A program made the position numbers and the translations under genes. Below are positions 6,613 through 10,727 of a stretch of DNA of 10,727 bases, piece by piece (positions within the stretch are counted from its first letter, which is position 1; every line of letters begins with the position of its first letter). The notes beneath the pieces are model-generated. The model ran no database searches. It saw only the letters and a program-made list of their open reading frames with translations, and had not been told where the DNA came from. The DNA comes from Candidatus Woesearchaeota archaeon (GTDB lineage: Archaea > Nanobdellota > Nanobdellia > Woesearchaeales > GW2011-AR15), in the NCBI GenBank assembly GCA_038874655.1, contig JAVZBY010000006.1, positions 45,586 through 56,312 of the forward strand, given 5' to 3'.

Positions 6613-9483
6613 TTAATAATTTGCTTTTTTATAGTTATTCAATAGCTTATTTGTAATATCCAATGCCTTTTTATGATTAACATCTTTATATAATATTTTT
6701 ATAATCTCTTGTTTTAATTTTCTTTCTTGCTCTTGATTGTTTATAAAATAAGGATACTTAGAAAATAAAGGATCTATTTCTTTAGTTTTTTCACTACTAT
6801 AATCTACTGAATTTTCTTTTAAAATATGAAAAATTGTATATTCTCTATCAGTAAATTTATATTCTCTTTTTTCTTTTTCTGATAATGCAATTTGATTTAC
6901 TAATTTTTTTAGTTCTTCTAATGTTTCTATAGTGTTTTTTTGTCTTTCTTTAAATTCTTTAGAAATATTTTCAGCTTTTTCAGCTATAGAATGTAAGTAT
7001 TTATTTTTAATAGCATTTTCAGAGACATATTTTTCTATACTTTTAAGTAAATTAAAAATTTTTTCTACATCAGAGGTATCTTCTTTTTCAAGTTTAGAAA
7101 TCGTTTCTGGATTAATTTCGTAATATTTTAACTCTTTTCTTATTAATGTTGATTTTACATGTTTTTTTACTAACTCTTGAGTCTTTTTTTCAAATTCATA
7201 GTTTCTAAGCATGTGTGGTTCATAAGCTTCTTTTACTATTTTACACATTCTCGATAAATTATCATAATCATTTAAGAAAGGTCTTAAAAATTGATCTGGA
7301 GAGATTATTTCATATATTGAAGATAATTCTTGATAATATTCATAAAATTCTTTTCTTTTTTCTTCATCTATAAAATAAGATAATATATTTTCAATATTTT
7401 TATCAGGTGTTCTTTCATTTAGTAAATTGAGATAATTTACTTTTCCTTTTATTATAAGTTCTCTAAATCTTTGTTTTAAAATTTCTAAATCATTAACTAT
7501 ACCAGTTATGTCTTCAGAATCAAAGTTAAGTGCTTTTTTTACTTTATCTAATAATCCAATGAAATCAATTATTAAACCACACTTTTTTTTAATTCCTTTT
7601 TTATCTTCATAAGGCCTATTAACTCGAGCAATTGCTTGTAATAAAATATGATCTCTCATTGGTTTATCTAAATACATACAATATAAAATGGGAGCATCAA
7701 AACCAGTTAGTAATTTTTCAGTCACTATTAATATTTTTGGCATTTTTTCTGCGTCATTAAAATTCTTTCTTATTATTTTTTCCTGTTCTTCTGAATGATA
7801 ATATTTTTTCATAAAATCAGGATCATTATGATATGGGCTATAAACCACTTCTGTGTATTCTTTGGGGAAGTATTTATCTATCTCTTCTTTATAGAGGGCA
7901 CATGCTTCTCTATCTACAGCAACAATAAAAGCTTTATATTCTAAAGGCTGGACAAATTGTTTATAATGATCTACAATGTATCTTATCACCTTTTTTATTC
8001 TATCTCTATTTTTTAACATATTTTTCAGATTAACTGCTTTTTCAAGTATTTTATTTAAATAATCAATATCACTAATTCCTTCTGTTTCTTTCATATTCAA
8101 AAATTCTTTTTCTAATATTTCAGTATCTGGCAATAATTCATTAGGTGCTATTGCATATTGCAATTTTAATGTTGTTCCATCCCTTATAGAATCAGAAATA
8201 CTATATTTATCCAAATAACCTTTAGGGGGATCATCTCTCCCAAAAATTAAAAAAGTATTGTTTCCTTTGCTTGTTTTATCAATAGGTGTTCCAGTAAATC
8301 CTATATAAGTAGCATTAGGCAATGCGCCCATTAAATAATTACCAAGTTCACCTGAAGTTGTTCTATGAGCTTCATCTATTAAAACAAAGATATTATCTCT
8401 TACATTAATATTTTGTTTTAAGTTGTCAAATTTATGTATTAAAGATATGATTAGACCTCTTGTATCATTTTCCAATAATTCTTTTAAATGGTTTTTTGAC
8501 ATTGCTATATTTATGTGCTTAAAACCTACGGAATCTAAATTATTGAATAATTGTGTTTCTAATTCATTTCTATCTACTAACATTAAAATTGTTGGATTTT
8601 CAAAATAACTATATTCCAATAACTTTTTTGCAACCATTATCATTGTATATGTTTTTCCACTGCCTTGTGTGTGCCATATTAATGCTCTTTTTTTATTTTT
8701 ATTCTTAGCTCTTTCAATTATTTTATCAACTGCCCTAATTTGATGCTCTCTTAATATTATTTTTTTAAGTTCATCGTCTTTTTTTACAAAGAGTATTGAA
8801 TCTAATAGATTTAATATATTTTCTTTTTTAAAAAAGTCTTTAACTAATCTTTCAAAATTTTGATTTTTTATTTCAAATAAAGATTTTGTTGAGAAATTCC
8901 AAGTTGCAGAATAATAACTTTTAATTAGGTTTGTTATAACATAGAATTGAAACAATGCCATCATTTCAGGTGTTTCTTTGTGGTATCTTGATACTTGTTC
9001 TAATCCTTCTTGTAAAGCATCTTTTTTTATTACTGATTTTGATTCTACAAAAAATATAGGTAGTCCATTAACAAAAAAAACAATATCATACCTATTAGTA
9101 TATTTGCCATTTGAATATACAAATTCATCTGTTATATGATAGACATTTTTTTCTTTGTCTAATAATTTAAGATTTCTTTCTCTTTTTTCTGTTTCTAAAT
9201 ATATTGTTTTTAATCCTTTAAGATATTCCCAAAAATCTAAATTACCTTTTATATTGGCATGGATTTTTTCAATTTTTTTTATTATATTTTCAACTTTGAT
9301 AATATCTAAATGAGGATTTAATTTTTGTATTTGTTCTTTAAATATATCATGTAATATTAAACCTGAGACACCTTTTTTTTTTAATTCAATGTTTTTTGGA
9401 TTAATATAATCCCAACCAACTTCGCATGCATACTGAATTAACGGATCTTGCACACTAGGTTTTTCATTACCTAAATAAGACAT
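6613..9483 (-). CDS. hsdR: Type I restriction-modification system endonuclease (R) subunit
   Basis: Nuclease motifs RYDIVFFVNGLPIFFVESK and QVSRY; SF2 motifs WHTQGSGKT, LVDR, IDEAHR, GFTGTP, LLTGFDAP, YLDKP and QAIARVNR; 956 aa. Confidence 0.97.
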   Translation of the reverse strand: MSYLGNEKPSVQDPLIQYACEVGWDYINPKNIELKKKGVSGLILHDIFKEQIQKLNPHLDIIKVENIIKKIEKIHANIKGNLDFWEYLKGLKTIYLETEKRERNLKLLDKEKNVYHITDEFVYSNGKYTNRYDIVFFVNGLPIFFVESKSVIKKDALQEGLEQVSRYHKETPEMMALFQFYVITNLIKSYYSATWNFSTKSLFEIKNQNFERLVKDFFKKENILNLLDSILFVKKDDELKKIILREHQIRAVDKIIERAKNKNKKRALIWHTQGSGKTYTMIMVAKKLLEYSYFENPTILMLVDRNELETQLFNNLDSVGFKHINIAMSKNHLKELLENDTRGLIISLIHKFDNLKQNINVRDNIFVLIDEAHRTTSGELGNYLMGALPNATYIGFTGTPIDKTSKGNNTFLIFGRDDPPKGYLDKYSISDSIRDGTTLKLQYAIAPNELLPDTEILEKEFLNMKETEGISDIDYLNKILEKAVNLKNMLKNRDRIKKVIRYIVDHYKQFVQPLEYKAFIVAVDREACALYKEEIDKYFPKEYTEVVYSPYHNDPDFMKKYYHSEEQEKIIRKNFNDAEKMPKILIVTEKLLTGFDAPILYCMYLDKPMRDHILLQAIARVNRPYEDKKGIKKKCGLIIDFIGLLDKVKKALNFDSEDITGIVNDLEILKQRFRELIIKGKVNYLNLLNERTPDKNIENILSYFIDEEKRKEFYEYYQELSSIYEIISPDQFLRPFLNDYDNLSRMCKIVKEAYEPHMLRNYEFEKKTQELVKKHVKSTLIRKELKYYEINPETISKLEKEDTSDVEKIFNLLKSIEKYVSENAIKNKYLHSIAEKAENISKEFKERQKNTIETLEELKKLVNQIALSEKEKREYKFTDREYTIFHILKENSVDYSSEKTKEIDPLFSKYPYFINNQEQERKLKQEIIKILYKDVNHKKALDITNKLLNNYKKANY

Positions 9484-9487
9484 TTTA

Positions 9488-9492
9488 ACCTC
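9488..9492 (-). promoter_or_regulatory. Shine-Dalgarno site for hsdR, overlapping the HEPN stop codon
   Basis: Minus strand TGAGGTTAAAATG: GAGGT 4 nt before ATG 9483. Confidence 0.65.
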
Positions 9493-9907
9493 AATTTGTA
9501 ATAATTTTTTTTATTTCATTAATCATTCTTTTACAATTATCTATTGCCTGTAAAGCAATTTTTTCTTCCATTTTAATTCCATAATAAGTTAATGAATTTC
9601 TTTTATATCTTAAATCATCAAATAATCTAAAGAGATCCTCTCTTTTTAAAAAATCTCTAACATAAAAACCTAAACAGATATGATTAGAAATATTAAATCC
9701 ATTTAAAAAAGCAGATGCTTGCAAAAGTTCTAATAATGAAGTATAATAATCTTCAAAAACAAAGTTGCAATTTTTTTGATTTATTTCACTGATTAAATTT
9801 ATTCTTTCTTCAGAGGTTTCTATCAAGGATTTTGCTCTTTTTTTATCTACTGCAGTTTTTCTTGCTGCGTTATTATCAAAACATTCTTTAAAGTTGGATT
9901 CTTTCAT
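9491..9907 (-). CDS. HEPN-domain protein (putative toxin of an MNT-HEPN pair)
   Basis: 138 aa, predicted helical. It has an EDYY helix, NH (H76) and LRYKRNSLTYYG, an Rx4Y variant of the HEPN Rx4-6H motif. ATGA overlap with the MNT gene. Confidence 0.82.
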   Translation of the reverse strand: MKESNFKECFDNNAARKTAVDKKRAKSLIETSEERINLISEINQKNCNFVFEDYYTSLLELLQASAFLNGFNISNHICLGFYVRDFLKREDLFRLFDDLRYKRNSLTYYGIKMEEKIALQAIDNCKRMINEIKKIITN

Positions 9908-10434
9908 TTGAAAACCTCAATGTAATTATTTAAAATTATTCCGTTAATTATATTATTTGCTAAATTAGGATTAATATTTTTCAAATTTTCATTTCTGAAT
10001 ATATGTATTTTTCTATGTAATAATTTCTCAAATTTTTTTAAGTCAATTTCTTTTTTTGATAAAGTTTCTATGTATATATCAATATCACTAGTTTCTATGT
10101 CTTCTCCTTTAGAATAAGAACCAAAAACAATTATTACTGGATTGCTTAATTCTTTTTTAATAAAATCAATTAAACCTAGTTTATAAAGAGATTTTATATT
10201 AAAAAGCTTTTTTTCTAAAAGATAATTCTGATTTATTTTATCAGCCGTATAGAAAACCACATTTCCAGTTTTTATTGTTGTTAAAATACCTTCTTTTTCT
10301 AATTCCTTACAATATCTTATGACAGAGGGTAAAGGTAATTTTAATCTTTTTTCTATTTCTCTAACTCTCATTTTAGTATTAGGATTAATAAAATAATATT
10401 CCTTTATTTGCTCTTTGATATTCTTTTTTTTCAT
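9904..10434 (-). CDS. Winged-HTH fused to a minimal nucleotidyltransferase (MNT; putative antitoxin/regulator)
   Basis: N-terminal wHTH (MRVREIEKRLKLPLPSVIRYCKELEKEGIL...GNVVFY) and an exact GSx10DxD motif (FGSYSKGEDIETSDID). Confidence 0.92.
   Translation of the reverse strand: MKKKNIKEQIKEYYFINPNTKMRVREIEKRLKLPLPSVIRYCKELEKEGILTTIKTGNVVFYTADKINQNYLLEKKLFNIKSLYKLGLIDFIKKELSNPVIIVFGSYSKGEDIETSDIDIYIETLSKKEIDLKKFEKLLHRKIHIFRNENLKNINPNLANNIINGIILNNYIEVFK
9914..9918 (-). promoter_or_regulatory. Shine-Dalgarno site for the HEPN gene
   Basis: Minus strand GAGGTTTTCAAATG: GAGGT 6 nt before ATG 9907, inside the 3' end of the MNT gene. Confidence 0.65.
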
Positions 10435-10478
10435 TTGATAATAGATTATATCAATTGATATTTAAAAATATCTTTTTT
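10435..10478 (-). promoter_or_regulatory. Internal archaeal promoter (A-rich BRE-like element + TATA) with overlapping inverted repeats, probable operator of the wHTH-MNT
   Basis: The minus strand reads AAAAAAGATATTTTTAAATATCAATTGATATAATCTATTATCAA-ATG. TTTAAATA lies at 10459-10466. Perfect palindrome ATATCAATTGATAT at 10448-10461; TTGATA-N8-TATCAA at 10435-10454; GATATTT-AA-AAATATC at 10457-10472. Confidence 0.6.
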
Positions 10479-10484
10479 ATATTA

Positions 10485-10727
10485 TTAAAAATCTAAATCC
10501 TTAACTCTAATTTTTCCAGTCATTAAATTTTGAAGCATTGACCTAAACAACTCATCTAGAGTTTTCTTCTTCCTTTCATAAACTTCAATATTCTCATCAA
10601 TCACAGACAAAATAGATGCTATTTTTTCTTGTTCTTGAAGAGGTGGGAGGGGAATTAAAATCTTATTTAATTTCGATTTATTTAAAGTATTACCTTTAAT
10701 TGCTCTATCTTTATAGAGACTATAATC
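10485..10727 (-). CDS. hsdS: Type I R-M specificity (S) subunit, C-terminal 80 aa (5' part outside the window)
   Basis: Not in the ORF track; translated by hand: DYSLYKDRAIKGNTLNKSKLNKILIPLPPLQEQEKIASILSVIDENIEVYERKKKTLDELFRSMLQNLMTGKIRVKDLDF*. IPLPPLxEQxKI and LMTGKIRV are HsdS conserved-region motifs. Confidence 0.95.
   Translation of the reverse strand, partial: DYSLYKDRAIKGNTLNKSKLNKILIPLPPLQEQEKIASILSVIDENIEVYERKKKTLDELFRSMLQNLMTGKIRVKDLDF

Noticed and set aside
6932-7123. 63-aa plus-strand ORF
   Set aside because: Antisense to hsdR; the Ser/Phe/Leu-rich composition is what the reverse of Lys/Glu-rich codons gives.
8423-8608. 61-aa plus-strand ORF
   Set aside because: Antisense shadow inside the hsdR helicase domain.
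9085-9093. RYD rather than RPD in the HsdR nuclease motif, suggesting inactivation
   Set aside because: The catalytic Asp, ExK and QxxxY are all intact; the Pro position is variable.
2427-9907. Functional link between taw1 (tRNA-Phe G37 modification) and either the HEPN protein (anticodon nuclease idea) or the flavocytochrome (electron donor idea)
   Set aside because: Different strands and transcription units with unrelated genes between them; proximity is the only evidence.

Overview
Very AT-rich window that is most likely archaeal: it has a stand-alone Taw1 and TATA boxes about 22-32 bp upstream of the start codons. A DPANN-type host such as Woesearchaeota is an inference from gene content and composition only. 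The left part (minus strand) holds a partial Ig/cadherin-like surface protein, a two-TM membrane protein and two tandem paralogous ECF S-component-like membrane proteins. Divergent from these is taw1 (wyosine radical-SAM enzyme). Next is an orphan, translationally coupled two-gene operon: a degenerate PD-(D/E)XK-fold protein plus an unknown 252-aa protein. The right part (minus strand) is a defence locus: hsdS (3' end), wHTH-MNT, HEPN, hsdR and a short YgjP/DUF45 zinc-motif protein. It is followed by a ferric-reductase/NOX-like flavocytochrome that lacks one of the four canonical heme His residues. The most interesting items are (i) an MNT-HEPN module sitting in the PrrC slot of a type I R-M operon, with its own palindrome-covered promoter apparently driving hsdR, and (ii) the uncharacterised REase-like/partner pair at 3600-4813. 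No RNA genes, CRISPR arrays or transposases were seen. All calls come from reading motifs by eye; no searches were run.
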